NCBI GenBank assembly: GCA_964593355.1
Contig: CAZQHM010000023.1
Coordinates: 83 to 64,082, forward strand
Direction: 5' to 3'
DNA length: 64,000 bases
Source: an uncultured Myxococcales bacterium
GTDB lineage: Bacteria; Myxococcota_A; UBA9042; CAIXZC01
Notes under the pieces: generated by a model
Seen by the model: only the letters and a program-made list of their open reading frames with translations
The model's database searches: none
Told to the model about the DNA's origin: nothing
Part shown: positions 34,620 to 45,002 of the stretch, piece after piece
How the letters are laid out: each line of letters opens with the position of its first letter
How positions within the stretch are numbered: the stretch's first letter is position 1
Program-made: the position numbers and the translations under genes

Positions 34620-36020
34620 TTATATAAGATCCTTGCGGATGCCGTGTTTGGATAGCTTGTATCTCATTGACCGGAAACTTATCCCCAGCTTCCTGGCCGC
34701 CTCGGTAACGTTCCCGTGCGTCTCCGTAAGAGCCGAAAGCAGGAACTGCCGCTCGAGATCCTCGATGAAGTGGTCAAGGTTGCGCTCCTCGGAAAAACTC
34801 GCCGGAGCACCCAAAGCCAAGGCAGCATCCGATGAGATAGATCCCTGTGTAGCACCAGCCACCCGCTCGGGAATGCTCGAGACCGTTATCCAGTCCGTGG
34901 ACTCAAATGTAACGCAACGTTGGATGATGTTCTCCAGTTCCCGGATATTGCCCGGGTAGTCGTAGGCCTCCAGCATCGCCATGGCCTCGCTGGTGAACCC
35001 GTGGAACCGGCGGCCCATCTCCTCACCATACTTCTGGAGGAAGTAGTGGGCCAGCAGAGGGATATCATCCTTTCGCTCCCTCAACGGGGGAATGTTGATT
35101 TGAATTATATTTAGCCGGAAATATAAATCTTCTCTAAAGTTGCCGTTCTTGACTTCTTCTTCCAGATCTTTGTTTGTCGCGGCAACAATGCGCACATCCA
35201 GAGCGATTTCTTTGTTTCCACCCACCCGTTTGATGCGCCGCTCCTGAAGCGCCCGAAGCAGCTTCACCTGGAGATGGACACTCATCTCGCCAATCTCGTC
35301 CAGGAAGAGGGTGCCTCCCTCGGCTTCCTCGAAGAGGCCGCGCTTGTCAGCACCAGCGCCCGTAAAAGAGCCCTTCATGTGGCCGAACAGCTCGCTCTCC
35401 ATGAGTGCATCGGGAATGGCGCCGCAGTTCACCACCACCAGAGGGTTGTCCGACCTGTTGCTGTTGTAGTGCAGGGCCCGGGCGATAAGCTCCTTGCCCG
35501 TACCGCTCTCGCCCATGATGAGCACACCGGCCCTGGTGGAAGCTACCTTCCGGATGGTCTCGAAGACGCCCCTCATACTGGCACTGGTGCCAACGATGCT
35601 CTCCACCGCGAACTGCTTCTTGACGGCCCTGTTCAACCGCTGATTGGTCACCAGCAGCTGCCTCTTCTCCAAGGCCTTATCTACCACCACGCCCACTTCG
35701 TTGATCTTGAAGGGTTTGCCCAGATAGTCGTAGGCCCCGTCCCTCATGGCCTCGATTGCCGTCTCGGTGGTAGAGTAGGCGGTCATGACGATGACCTGGG
35801 TGTCGGGCCAGAGGCGCTTGGTCTCTCGAAGGACCTCCAGCCCGCCCTTTCCCGGCATCCTGAGGTCGGTGAGCACCAGGTCGAACTCCGTCTTGGTCAT
35901 TCGGTCGAAAGCGGCCTCGGCGCTCTCGGCCACGGTGACCTCGTGGCCCCGCTTCAGAAGGAATATCTCGAGAAACTCTCGCATACTCCGTTCATCGTCA
36001 ACTACCAGAATGGCCGCCAT
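34620..36020 (-). CDS. pilR: sigma-54-dependent response regulator, NtrC family (PilR-like)
   Basis: REC domain (ILVVDDE...DLRMPG), AAA+ sigma-54 activator domain (GESGTGKE, GAFTGA-type motifs) and a C-terminal HTH. ATG at 36020 with a GGAGG RBS. Sits directly downstream of the pilS-like kinase. Confidence 0.8.
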   Translation of the reverse strand: MAAILVVDDERSMREFLEIFLLKRGHEVTVAESAEAAFDRMTKTEFDLVLTDLRMPGKGGLEVLRETKRLWPDTQVIVMTAYSTTETAIEAMRDGAYDYLGKPFKINEVGVVVDKALEKRQLLVTNQRLNRAVKKQFAVESIVGTSASMRGVFETIRKVASTRAGVLIMGESGTGKELIARALHYNSNRSDNPLVVVNCGAIPDALMESELFGHMKGSFTGAGADKRGLFEEAEGGTLFLDEIGEMSVHLQVKLLRALQERRIKRVGGNKEIALDVRIVAATNKDLEEEVKNGNFREDLYFRLNIIQINIPPLRERKDDIPLLAHYFLQKYGEEMGRRFHGFTSEAMAMLEAYDYPGNIRELENIIQRCVTFESTDWITVSSIPERVAGATQGSISSDAALALGAPASFSEERNLDHFIEDLERQFLLSALTETHGNVTEAARKLGISFRSMRYKLSKHGIRKDLI

Positions 36021-36077
36021 CAAAACCTCCAGAAGCCGCTGCTACCCTAAACCACTGCTCATCATTCTCGCCCCCCC

Positions 36078-37808
36078 TCACTCCTCTCTCCTGCCCTCCA
36101 CCGAAGCTGAGACATACTCCTCGGGCTTCAATCGAGGCAGCGAAGCTATAACTGCGGCTCCACGCCCTTCAAGGCCGCCCCGCAGGGACATCTTGCCCTT
36201 CAACTCTACTACATGTCTCATGACCGTGGCCAGGCCAAGCCCGGTACCATCGGATTTGGTGGTGAAAAAGGGCTCAAAGACCCGGTGCTGAATGTCCCCG
36301 GGAATCCCAGGGCCGTTGTCCAGAACCGAGACCCTTACCAGCTCGACGCCATCCTCCACCTTGACAACCACTCTGGGCCCAGCTGCCTTGGCCTCAACGT
36401 CCGTGGAGACAGCTTGCAGTGCGTTGAGAGCAAGGTTCCAGACAACCTGCCTTATCCTCGTACCGTCACCGAAATACTTCACCTCAGAGGGTGACTCAAT
36501 CTCCAGCGCAATGCCCTCGAATCGCTCATCGTTGCGCAGAAAGTCCGCAACACCGTCCACCAGATCCCGAAGATCCAGCCACTGAGGCATCAGCGGCGTG
36601 GGCTTGGCGTACTCCAAGAACTCACTGATCCAGCGGTTGAGATGGTCCGCTTCCCGAACGACGATCTCCATAAGGCGCCTGTCCGAACCATCCACCGTAA
36701 TGCTCGAAGAGAGCAGCTGAATGGAGCCACTGAGGCTGGCCAGAGGATTTCTGATCTCGTGGGCGATACTCGCCGCAAGGCGCCCCAATGCTGCAAGCCT
36801 CTTTGAGCGCTCAACGGCCTCTTCCATCTCCTTCATGCGCGTTATGTCGAAGGCAATAAGGGTGTGACCAAGCCTGTTGCCCTCCTCGTCCCGGAACGAG
36901 GAGACCGACCAGCGCAGATAGCTCACCTTTCCACCACGGACCAGAGACTCCTCGAAGTGCTGATCCTTGGGAATGCTGCCACTGGCCATGGCTCCGTGGA
37001 GATCCGGCAGGATCGAGGAGAGGTTTTTGCCCGTCAAGGCGTCCCTGGAGAGCCCCAGCATGCTGCAAGCGCTTGGATTCACATAGGTAATATCAAGATT
37101 TGTATCCAGTGTAATTAGTGCGGCCTCAAGACTGAGCACAAGGTTCTCGTGCAGGTTGGTCAGTTGCACAAGCCGACGCCGGTGAGCCAGGGCCCTGGCG
37201 TCCGCCTCTCTCATCTGCTCTGCAAGAAAGGCCGAGAGCCATGCTACGGAGATTAGAGCCACAATGTTGAGGGCAAGAGCCGATACTATGTCGCCAAAGA
37301 CCTCAGTCTCCACCTGGCCGCCACCCAGCCAGTTGGCCTCCAGCAGCCATCTGTTCACTCCGGAGCCTAGAATGCCCCCCTGCCCAAGCCCCACTAAGGC
37401 AAGACAACAGATCTGTACTGCAGCGGAGAAGATGGCACCACCGCGATACAACACAAGCGAAGCATTAATGACAGACAGTGAGTACAAGAAAGTGAAGCCA
37501 CTGCTATACCCACCCGTGGCAACAACCATGGCTGTGCTGAAGAGGGCATCCATCCCGAATTGTGAATAAGCCAGCCAGGTTGCACCCTTATCGGTCTTGA
37601 TTCGTTCGAGAGAAATAAATGATATTACACAGAAAGCCAAAAGAAAGGATATGGCAGTGTATACCATTTCTCTTGGTACGGGAGACTGAAAGCTTATGCT
37701 GCCTTTAGCTTCAAGAACAAAAACGACGAAGAGAAGGACTACCGCAGCACCAACCCTGAAGAAGGTGATTAGTCCAAGTTTATCTCTAAGAGTAGCGTTC
37801 TCCCTCAC
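36078..37808 (-). CDS. pilS: membrane sensor histidine kinase (PilS-like), PAS + HisKA + HATPase
   Basis: Multiple N-terminal TM helices, a PAS-like segment, an H-box (AASIAHEIRNPL) and G1/G2 boxes (VLDNGPGIP, GTGLGL). GTG start 10 nt after the pilC stop. Confidence 0.75.
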   Translation of the reverse strand: MRENATLRDKLGLITFFRVGAAVVLLFVVFVLEAKGSISFQSPVPREMVYTAISFLLAFCVISFISLERIKTDKGATWLAYSQFGMDALFSTAMVVATGGYSSGFTFLYSLSVINASLVLYRGGAIFSAAVQICCLALVGLGQGGILGSGVNRWLLEANWLGGGQVETEVFGDIVSALALNIVALISVAWLSAFLAEQMREADARALAHRRRLVQLTNLHENLVLSLEAALITLDTNLDITYVNPSACSMLGLSRDALTGKNLSSILPDLHGAMASGSIPKDQHFEESLVRGGKVSYLRWSVSSFRDEEGNRLGHTLIAFDITRMKEMEEAVERSKRLAALGRLAASIAHEIRNPLASLSGSIQLLSSSITVDGSDRRLMEIVVREADHLNRWISEFLEYAKPTPLMPQWLDLRDLVDGVADFLRNDERFEGIALEIESPSEVKYFGDGTRIRQVVWNLALNALQAVSTDVEAKAAGPRVVVKVEDGVELVRVSVLDNGPGIPGDIQHRVFEPFFTTKSDGTGLGLATVMRHVVELKGKMSLRGGLEGRGAAVIASLPRLKPEEYVSASVEGRREE

Positions 37809-37817
37809 GAAGCCTCT

Positions 37818-39035
37818 CTATTTCCCGCCCCCAACGCCGTCGGCCATTGAAAAGATTGGGAGATACATGGCGATCATCACCGAGCCAATGAGCCCACCCA
37901 GAACCACCATGATCAAAGGCTCCATAATGGAGGTCACCCCGTCTACCGCCTGATCCACCTCGTCCTCGTAGAAGTCGGCGATCTTCGTCAACATAACATC
38001 CAAAGCACCGGTGCTCTCGCCAACGGCGATCATCTGGATGACCATCTTCGGGAAGAGCCTCAACTCCATCAGAGGCGCAGCGATGGTCTTGCCCTCAGAG
38101 ACACGGTCTCGAACGTAGAGAACCCCTCTCTCAACCACGCTGTTTCCCGCCGTCTTGGCCACAATCTCCATGGCGTCAAGGATGGGGACGCCGGAACCAA
38201 TCAGAGTGCCAAGGGTTCGAGTAAATTTTGCAATGGCTGATTTGATAATAATGTTGCCGAAAACAGGCAGCTTAGAGTAGAAAAGATCTGTGGCATACCG
38301 TCCTTTGGTAGTGGAGCGTATCCATTTATATAGGACGATAAAGCCAACAACACCACCGACGATAAATGGAGCCAAAGATATAAAATTGTTTGACAAATCC
38401 ACCATGAATTGAGTAATAGCCGGTAGCGGTCTGTCGCCCATACTCTTAAACATGGAGGCGAATGTAGGAACAACCTTCCACAAAAGCCCTGCCGTAATTA
38501 GCAAGGCAACCACCAAAACGGTAATTGGATACTTCATGGCGCTTTTAATACGCGCCTTGAGTTTCATGGACTTTTCAGTGTAGTCCGCCAATCGATTAAG
38601 AATAGTATCAAGAATACCGCCCATCTCTCCGGCAGCAACAAGATTTATAAATAAATTGTCAAAAACCTTGGGATGAGCCTTGAGCGAATCAGCAAAAGTG
38701 TTGCCCGACTCAACGCTCTGCTTCACCTTCGAGAGCACAGTCTTGAATCCGGGATGAGGCTCCTGCATTGATAGAATCTCAAGACACTGAACCAGCGGCA
38801 GACCGGCATCGATCATCGTGGCCATCTGCCGGGTGAAGACCACGATGCTCTTCACCGGCACACCATTCATCCCGGGAATGGAGAGGTTCAACGCTGCCGT
38901 CTTCTTCTTGATTCGGATGATGGCTATTCGGTCGCCAAGCAGCTTCTGCTCAACTACCGAGGCACTGGGAGCTTCCATCTCGCCCGTGCGAAGCTCCCCA
39001 CGTTCGTTTGTTCCCTCCCATTCAAACAATGCCAT
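37818..39035 (-). CDS. pilC: type IV pilus assembly inner-membrane platform protein PilC (GspF family)
   Basis: Duplicated GspF domains with three TM segments. GAGGTG RBS. Confidence 0.9.
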   Translation of the reverse strand: MALFEWEGTNERGELRTGEMEAPSASVVEQKLLGDRIAIIRIKKKTAALNLSIPGMNGVPVKSIVVFTRQMATMIDAGLPLVQCLEILSMQEPHPGFKTVLSKVKQSVESGNTFADSLKAHPKVFDNLFINLVAAGEMGGILDTILNRLADYTEKSMKLKARIKSAMKYPITVLVVALLITAGLLWKVVPTFASMFKSMGDRPLPAITQFMVDLSNNFISLAPFIVGGVVGFIVLYKWIRSTTKGRYATDLFYSKLPVFGNIIIKSAIAKFTRTLGTLIGSGVPILDAMEIVAKTAGNSVVERGVLYVRDRVSEGKTIAAPLMELRLFPKMVIQMIAVGESTGALDVMLTKIADFYEDEVDQAVDGVTSIMEPLIMVVLGGLIGSVMIAMYLPIFSMADGVGGGK

Positions 39036-39094
39036 AGTAACACCTCATAATACGATAATACCAGCAACCGCCCCCGAAAACAGCAACCGATCTA

Positions 39095-40186
39095 CTACAA
39101 CCCAGCCGTCTGTAACATCTTTGCAAGCTCCTGCTGGTCTGTGCTGGCGTTCCAAGCCGTCTCCCTGGAGATGATCTTCTTCTCCAACAGCTTCAGCAGG
39201 CACTGATTCATGGTCAACATCCCGGAATCCTTCTGACCCACCTGCATCTGCGAGTAGATCTGATGCGTCTTGTCATCGCGGATCAGGTGCCTGATGGCCT
39301 GGTTGGGCATCAGCAACTCGCAGGCCAGACATCGTCCGTTTCCGTCGGCACGCGGCAGCAACGCCTGACTCAAAATGCACTGCAGCGTGAACGACAACTG
39401 CGTCCGCACCATCTCCTGTTGGCTGGCAGGGAAAAAATCCATCACACGGTGGATTGTCTGAACCGCCGTATTGGTGTGCAGCGTCGCCATGGTCAAGTGG
39501 CCCGTCTCAGCAATTCGCAGCGCCGTCTCCATCGTGTCCTTGTCACGAATCTCACCGATCAGCACAAAGTCCGGATCCTGCCTCAGGGCGTACTTCAATG
39601 CTGCTGAGAACGAGTCGGTGTCCCCACCAACTTCTCTTTGATTTACAAGGCACCGTTGATGCTCATGCAAAAATTCGATGGGATCCTCAATTGTTAGTAT
39701 ATGCCCCTGGTGATACATGTTGATTTCGTTTACAATAGCTGCCAAAGTCGTAGACTTGCCGCTTCCCGTAGCCCCGGTGACCAGCACCAGCCCCGAAGGC
39801 CTGTCGATGACCTGCCGCACTATGTCCGGAAGCCCCAAACTCTCCAGCCGCTTGATCACCACAGGAATCATTCGTAGAACGCCCGATATCGACCCCTTCT
39901 GGCGGAAAAAGTTCGCCCTGAATCTAGCCTTGTCTTTCCACTTGAAAGACATGTCTATCTCGCTGTGAGACTCAAATATCTTTCGCTGCTTCTCTGTCAT
40001 AAGAGAATAGGCTATCTCCTGAGTGTCCTGGGGAGCCATGGGGGGCATCTTTAGCTTGAACAACTTCCCGTCAATGCGCATAGCCGGCGGCGAATTAACG
40101 CTGATGTGAAGATCACTGGCTCCCTTCTCTACTACAGCTTGGAGAAGTCTGTGAATATCAACATTGGTGGTTTTTCGATCCTCCAT
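39095..40186 (-). CDS. pilT: type IV pilus retraction ATPase PilT
   Basis: About 360 aa. Walker A GATGSGKSTT. PilT-specific AIRHLIRDDK-type motif (AIRHLIRDDKTHQIY). ATG at 40186; the track start at 40192 is GTG. Confidence 0.9.
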   Translation of the reverse strand: MEDRKTTNVDIHRLLQAVVEKGASDLHISVNSPPAMRIDGKLFKLKMPPMAPQDTQEIAYSLMTEKQRKIFESHSEIDMSFKWKDKARFRANFFRQKGSISGVLRMIPVVIKRLESLGLPDIVRQVIDRPSGLVLVTGATGSGKSTTLAAIVNEINMYHQGHILTIEDPIEFLHEHQRCLVNQREVGGDTDSFSAALKYALRQDPDFVLIGEIRDKDTMETALRIAETGHLTMATLHTNTAVQTIHRVMDFFPASQQEMVRTQLSFTLQCILSQALLPRADGNGRCLACELLMPNQAIRHLIRDDKTHQIYSQMQVGQKDSGMLTMNQCLLKLLEKKIISRETAWNASTDQQELAKMLQTAGL

Positions 40187-40260
40187 CAACACCCCCGAAA
40201 ACTATCGAACGCTAAGGAACGCCAATATTCCCAAAAAAATTGGTTGACCATTACGGAGGT

Positions 40261-42054
40261 CTAGTCACCTCTCGTAACTCTGAGGATTTCTTCAATTGTC
40301 ATGAAACCTGCCATCATCTTGCTCAAAGCAGACATACGCAAGGTCCTCATGCCTCCTCTGATAGCCTCCCGCTTCAACTCCATAGCCGAGTAACCCTGTA
40401 GTACAGCCTCTTTCAAAGGATCCGTCATGGTCATGATTTCGTAAAGAGCCACACGGCCTTTGTATCCTGTGTTGTTGCATGTTTTGCATCCAACACCCTT
40501 TTTTGTGTTTCCGGCAGCAATCATCTCTTCGGTAACTTGAGCATCAAGAAGGGCCTGCTTGGGATACTCGAAGGGAGCTCCACAATCCTTACACACCTTT
40601 CTACCAAGTCGCTGAGCAGCAATAAGGTTCACAGAAGATGTGACTAGGAATGGCTCAATACCCATATTCAACAAACGATTCACCGTGGACGGAGCATCGT
40701 TGGTGTGCAGCGTCGATAACACCAAGTGGCCCGTCAAGGCTGCCTTGACCGCAATTTCCGCCGTCTCGAAGTCTCGAATCTCGCCCACCATGATGATGTC
40801 CGGATCCTGACGCAGGAACGAACGCAACGCAGCCGCAAAGTTCAGGCCGATACCGTCGTTGATGTGCACCTGATTGATGCCGGCCATGTTGAACTCCACC
40901 GGATCCTCTGCGGTGGAGATGTTCTCCGATACCTTGTTCAACTCCATGAGGGCCGAATAGAGCGTCGTCGTCTTTCCCGACCCCGTGGGGCCCGTCACAA
41001 GAACCATCCCCCACGGCTGGTGAATGGCATGCTTGAACTCAACCAGCTGCTGCTCCTCAAAGCCCAGCATCGTCATGTCCAGCTGCAGATTTGACTTGTC
41101 GAGAATTCGCATAACCACCTTCTCGCCAAACAGCGTAGGCAGCACCGAAACTCGAAAGTCCACCTCCTTCTTCTTGCCCAACACCAACTTGATACGACCG
41201 TCCTGGGGCAATCGCCGCTCGGCAATATCAAGCTCCGACATAATCTTGATTCGAGAGACAATGGCGTTCTTTAATCTCAGCGGAGGCCTCATAGTCTCCT
41301 GAAGAACACCGTCAATTCTTAATCGAATACGAAATTCTTTTTCATATGGTTCTATATGAATATCAGACGCCTTTCGCCTGATAGCATCAACCAATACAAG
41401 GTTGCAAAGACGGATGATCGCATCCTCTTTGGACTCCCGCTCCAACTCCTCGATGTCGATGCCCTCATCCGTGGTCAGAAGGCTGATGTCCTCCTCGGCC
41501 ATCCCATCGAAAATTTCATCGATCTGCTCAGCGATGGGTTCAGTATAGTAATCTTCAAGCGCTGACTGAATGGAAGACTCTGACGCAACAACAACTTCAA
41601 CATTGTAGCCCGTCAAGAACTTGATGTCGTCCATCGCATAGATGTTCGCTGGATCACTTACGGCCACAATCAGCGACGAACCATGTTGGTCGATGGGAAG
41701 AATCCCGTGCCGGAGCGCTACTTCCCGCGGAACCTTGTCCAGAATGTCCTGAGGTACCGCCAACTCCTCCAACTGCACCGCCGGAACCCCGTACTGCTTC
41801 GAAAGGAAGTCCACCAGCGCCTGCTCCGAAACATACCCCAGCTTCGCCAGAGTGCTGCCCAAGCGACCGCCGTATTTCTCAATGTCCTTCTTGGCTTCAT
41901 CAAGCTGAACCAGCGAGACCACGTTCTCCCGCAACAACATCTCGCCAAGCCCGGCACCCTGCGCCTTGGCCTTGGGAGCATCACGCCTAACCCTGCTTGG
42001 GTCCATCGCCGTCCTGGGATCACTACCGGGCCCGCCTCCACGCTTCTGATCCAT
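40261..42054 (-). CDS. pilB: type IV pilus extension ATPase PilB
   Basis: N-terminal GSPII-like domains (LGEMLLRENVVSLVQLDEA...), Walker A GPTGSGKTTT and a tetracysteine motif (CKDCG...CKTCNNTGY). ATG at 42054 has a GGAG RBS; the exact start is uncertain (the track ORF extends to 42090). Confidence 0.9.
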   Translation of the reverse strand: MDQKRGGGPGSDPRTAMDPSRVRRDAPKAKAQGAGLGEMLLRENVVSLVQLDEAKKDIEKYGGRLGSTLAKLGYVSEQALVDFLSKQYGVPAVQLEELAVPQDILDKVPREVALRHGILPIDQHGSSLIVAVSDPANIYAMDDIKFLTGYNVEVVVASESSIQSALEDYYTEPIAEQIDEIFDGMAEEDISLLTTDEGIDIEELERESKEDAIIRLCNLVLVDAIRRKASDIHIEPYEKEFRIRLRIDGVLQETMRPPLRLKNAIVSRIKIMSELDIAERRLPQDGRIKLVLGKKKEVDFRVSVLPTLFGEKVVMRILDKSNLQLDMTMLGFEEQQLVEFKHAIHQPWGMVLVTGPTGSGKTTTLYSALMELNKVSENISTAEDPVEFNMAGINQVHINDGIGLNFAAALRSFLRQDPDIIMVGEIRDFETAEIAVKAALTGHLVLSTLHTNDAPSTVNRLLNMGIEPFLVTSSVNLIAAQRLGRKVCKDCGAPFEYPKQALLDAQVTEEMIAAGNTKKGVGCKTCNNTGYKGRVALYEIMTMTDPLKEAVLQGYSAMELKREAIRGGMRTLRMSALSKMMAGFMTIEEILRVTRGD

Positions 42055-42248
42055 GCTTTGTCTCCGCTTGTCCCGTTGGCTCCATCTCATTAACTGCTAT
42101 AGGGCACACCGCAACCACGCAATCCTATACCGCCCCCCTGAACCCGTCAATCTTACTGCCATACCCAAAAGGCCGGGCCCCCAGGCACATAGATCAACTT
42201 CCTCTCCCGCACCCACTACTCAAGCCCACAACCCGCCGCCACCGCTCC

Positions 42249-43511
42249 TCAACGGCACCCCAGCAGGTCCACAAACAGCCGCCCCGCTACGCGGGCAAAC
42301 TGCATCAACTCCTCGATGGAGACGCTCTCCCCCGCCACATGGAACTGGTCCTCGTCGCCGGGCCCAAACCCTACCGCCGGAATTCCACCCAGGTTGAACC
42401 CCTTGGCAAAGGTGCCGCCGCCAATGCCGATGACCGCCGGCTGCTTGGCCAGAACACCCTCACAAGCCCTGCCCAAGGCACCAACCATGGGGTGACTGCC
42501 CTCCATGGCGTGGGGGGGCGCATCGCTCTCTACTTTCACCGTTGCCTTTCCACCAGCCCCCCAAGCCTGCAACGCCTTGTCCGCCCTCTCCTGCAACGCC
42601 TGCCGAATACCTTCCGCCGTCTGTCCCGGAATGTACCGCACGTCAACCCATGCCCGGCACTCCTTGGGAATAGTGTTGCTGGCCTCGCCACCACGAACGA
42701 TGCCGATGCTCAGGGTGGGCGCCCCAAGCAGTGGGTGCGGCTCAAGGCCGAACTCGAACCTGTTAATGGCCGACAAAACCTCGGCCATCAGCATGTTGGC
42801 GTTGAGCCTGTGGGGAACCGAGGCGTGCCCATCCTTCCCCTCAACCTCCACCACGAACGAGATTCTCCCCTTCTCCGCAATGTCGATGATGGTCATGTTC
42901 TCGCCCACGTCAGGCACCAGAGCCATATCCGGCTTGATAAGCCCCTTGGAGAGCAGAAACCCGACCCCGGGGTCGGGCTCGTTGGCCGCATGAAACTCCT
43001 CAGAGGCTATGCCGGCTACGGTCAACGTTCCTTCGGGGGCAATGCCGGCAAGCTTCATGGCCTTGAGCGCTACCAAAACCGCAGCAATGGGACCCTTGTT
43101 ATCCATCACACCACGACCGACGAGACGCCCCTTCTCCTCGACGGCAACAAAAGGATCCCGCCCCTCCCATTTCGCCAGTTCACCAGGAGGCACCACGTCC
43201 AGGTGCAGGGCCACCAGCAACTCCGGCGTTCCCTCTCCCCAGCGTGCAATCAGATTTCCACGCATGGGGGCCCCCTCGTGAACCTCGTATCCTATGCCGA
43301 GCCCGTCCAGCCATCGCCCCAGCACCTCGCATGCCAGACTCTCCTGACCCGGCTCCTTCAGGTACGGGAAGAGGTGCAGGTCGCTTCGGGCAACGTTTAC
43401 CGTGGGCACAGCCACAAGTTCCTTTATAGCCTGAACCATGTAAGATTGCAGATCGGAATAGTTGTCAAGAAATGCCTTGTCAAAAGAGTCGAATATGTTT
43501 GTCATCTTCAT
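42249..43511 (-). CDS. M20-family metallopeptidase / amidohydrolase (ArgE/DapE-like)
   Basis: M20 signatures (HLDVVP, GRGVMDNKG, TVAGIASEE, dimerisation-domain pattern). Confidence 0.8.
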   Translation of the reverse strand: MKMTNIFDSFDKAFLDNYSDLQSYMVQAIKELVAVPTVNVARSDLHLFPYLKEPGQESLACEVLGRWLDGLGIGYEVHEGAPMRGNLIARWGEGTPELLVALHLDVVPPGELAKWEGRDPFVAVEEKGRLVGRGVMDNKGPIAAVLVALKAMKLAGIAPEGTLTVAGIASEEFHAANEPDPGVGFLLSKGLIKPDMALVPDVGENMTIIDIAEKGRISFVVEVEGKDGHASVPHRLNANMLMAEVLSAINRFEFGLEPHPLLGAPTLSIGIVRGGEASNTIPKECRAWVDVRYIPGQTAEGIRQALQERADKALQAWGAGGKATVKVESDAPPHAMEGSHPMVGALGRACEGVLAKQPAVIGIGGGTFAKGFNLGGIPAVGFGPGDEDQFHVAGESVSIEELMQFARVAGRLFVDLLGCR

Positions 43512-43578
43512 CTCCCACTGTGACCGAATGAAAACGGTGCCGCAGCCATGGAGCCACTGAGCAGCCGGAAAAAAGGCC

Positions 43579-44208
43579 TTACGCCAGAATCATCCCCACA
43601 ACCCACACCACGAACCCAGCCCCTCCAACGACGGCCCAAGGCATCCTTCGGAACTGCTCATCGTCCCAACGCCAGGCAAGCACCCCGAGCCCCGTCACGT
43701 AGGCCAGAAAGCCAAGTCCCATGAGCATCAGCCACCATGCCGAACCCCCTCGGGCCCCCCTCTCAATGGCGGCCCTCGCCTCCTCAACACCAAGAACTAC
43801 GCCGCTCTTTCCGGCGTTGCGCAGCTCCTCGTTCCACTTGGCCAGCCCTTGGGCCAGGCCGGCGTCAGCAAGAGCCAACAGGTCAGAGTGGGGAATCATC
43901 AGCCACGCAGACCCGTGCAGCGCACCCCTGGCATCATCGTAGGCCAGCACCGCCCGGCGAAAGTCTCCCGACTCCATTGCCTCGTTCCCAATCCTCAACA
44001 ACTGCCCCACAGCCTCGGCCTGTACATCCAGCAGCGGCAAGTACCACCGGGCCGACAACAGAAAATGGCGCTGTGCCAGCTCCACATCCCCGGCCTCCAC
44101 CGCATCGTATGCCTTGCCCAGCTCCAGCCGCCCCTCGACAGCCACGCGCACCACCAGGGTCAAAGCCACCAGTCCCACAGCAATGCCTATGATCAAACCG
44201 TTCTTCAA
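43579..44208 (-). CDS. hypothetical membrane protein (N-terminal TM, helical repeat middle, C-terminal TM pair)
   Basis: Start overlaps the permease stop (44205/44208). Last gene of the ABC operon. Confidence 0.5.
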   Translation of the reverse strand: MKNGLIIGIAVGLVALTLVVRVAVEGRLELGKAYDAVEAGDVELAQRHFLLSARWYLPLLDVQAEAVGQLLRIGNEAMESGDFRRAVLAYDDARGALHGSAWLMIPHSDLLALADAGLAQGLAKWNEELRNAGKSGVVLGVEEARAAIERGARGGSAWWLMLMGLGFLAYVTGLGVLAWRWDDEQFRRMPWAVVGGAGFVVWVVGMILA

Positions 44209-45002
44209 ACGAACTCCCTCCGATTAAATATGGCCATTGCTGCCATTATGAAAACTATTATATAACTTAGGCCATATATGCTGGTTGATGCGATAAAGGT
44301 CCAGGGCAACTCAACATCAAGAAGTATCTGCCTCGTAATGTCAAACAAAGTAAGATCCGGAAAAATGTTCACAATCCCACTGCCAATGGGCTTGAGCCAA
44401 GGGAAAGAAGCGAATGGACCCTTGGTCGCCGTCATAAGATCATTAATGAAGTCTACCTGACGACCAACAGCATAAATACCAAAAGTAAAAATACCGGATA
44501 GAACAGGAGAAGAAAAGCTGGAAAACAATATAGCAACGGAGGCGACGATACATAGCTGGATAAAAACCAGAAACAAAGCCTGAAAATGAATACCACGGAG
44601 TATAACACCCTCCGATTTCAATACGAGTAGCCAAGCTCCAGTCATAATTATAAACATAAAAAGCAAAATCGCCAGCAGACCAAGAAATCGACCCAAAACG
44701 AACTCGAAACGTCTAACTGGCTTGGTTAATAGTGCGTATATAGTCTTCTGTGCCAGGTCTTTATATAGTAGAAGAACGCCAACAATGATAGCTATTATTA
44801 CGCCGGTAAATGATATGAAAAATAGTCCGAAGTCAAGAACCACCCTCTGTCGCTGGTCGAAAACCACCATCTGCGAGAGCAACATGGAGCCCGCAATGAG
44901 CACCAGCGCCCCCAGAAGCATCCCGATGAAGGCCCGATTCCGAACCGACTCCCAGAAGGTGCTTCCCGCTACCGCAAATACCCGCTGAAGCATCTGAGTC
45001 AT
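44205..45002 (-). CDS. ABC-2-type transporter permease
   Basis: Six predicted TM helices. Start overlaps the ATPase stop (ATGA, 44999/45002). Confidence 0.7.
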   Translation of the reverse strand: MTQMLQRVFAVAGSTFWESVRNRAFIGMLLGALVLIAGSMLLSQMVVFDQRQRVVLDFGLFFISFTGVIIAIIVGVLLLYKDLAQKTIYALLTKPVRRFEFVLGRFLGLLAILLFMFIIMTGAWLLVLKSEGVILRGIHFQALFLVFIQLCIVASVAILFSSFSSPVLSGIFTFGIYAVGRQVDFINDLMTATKGPFASFPWLKPIGSGIVNIFPDLTLFDITRQILLDVELPWTFIASTSIYGLSYIIVFIMAAMAIFNRREFV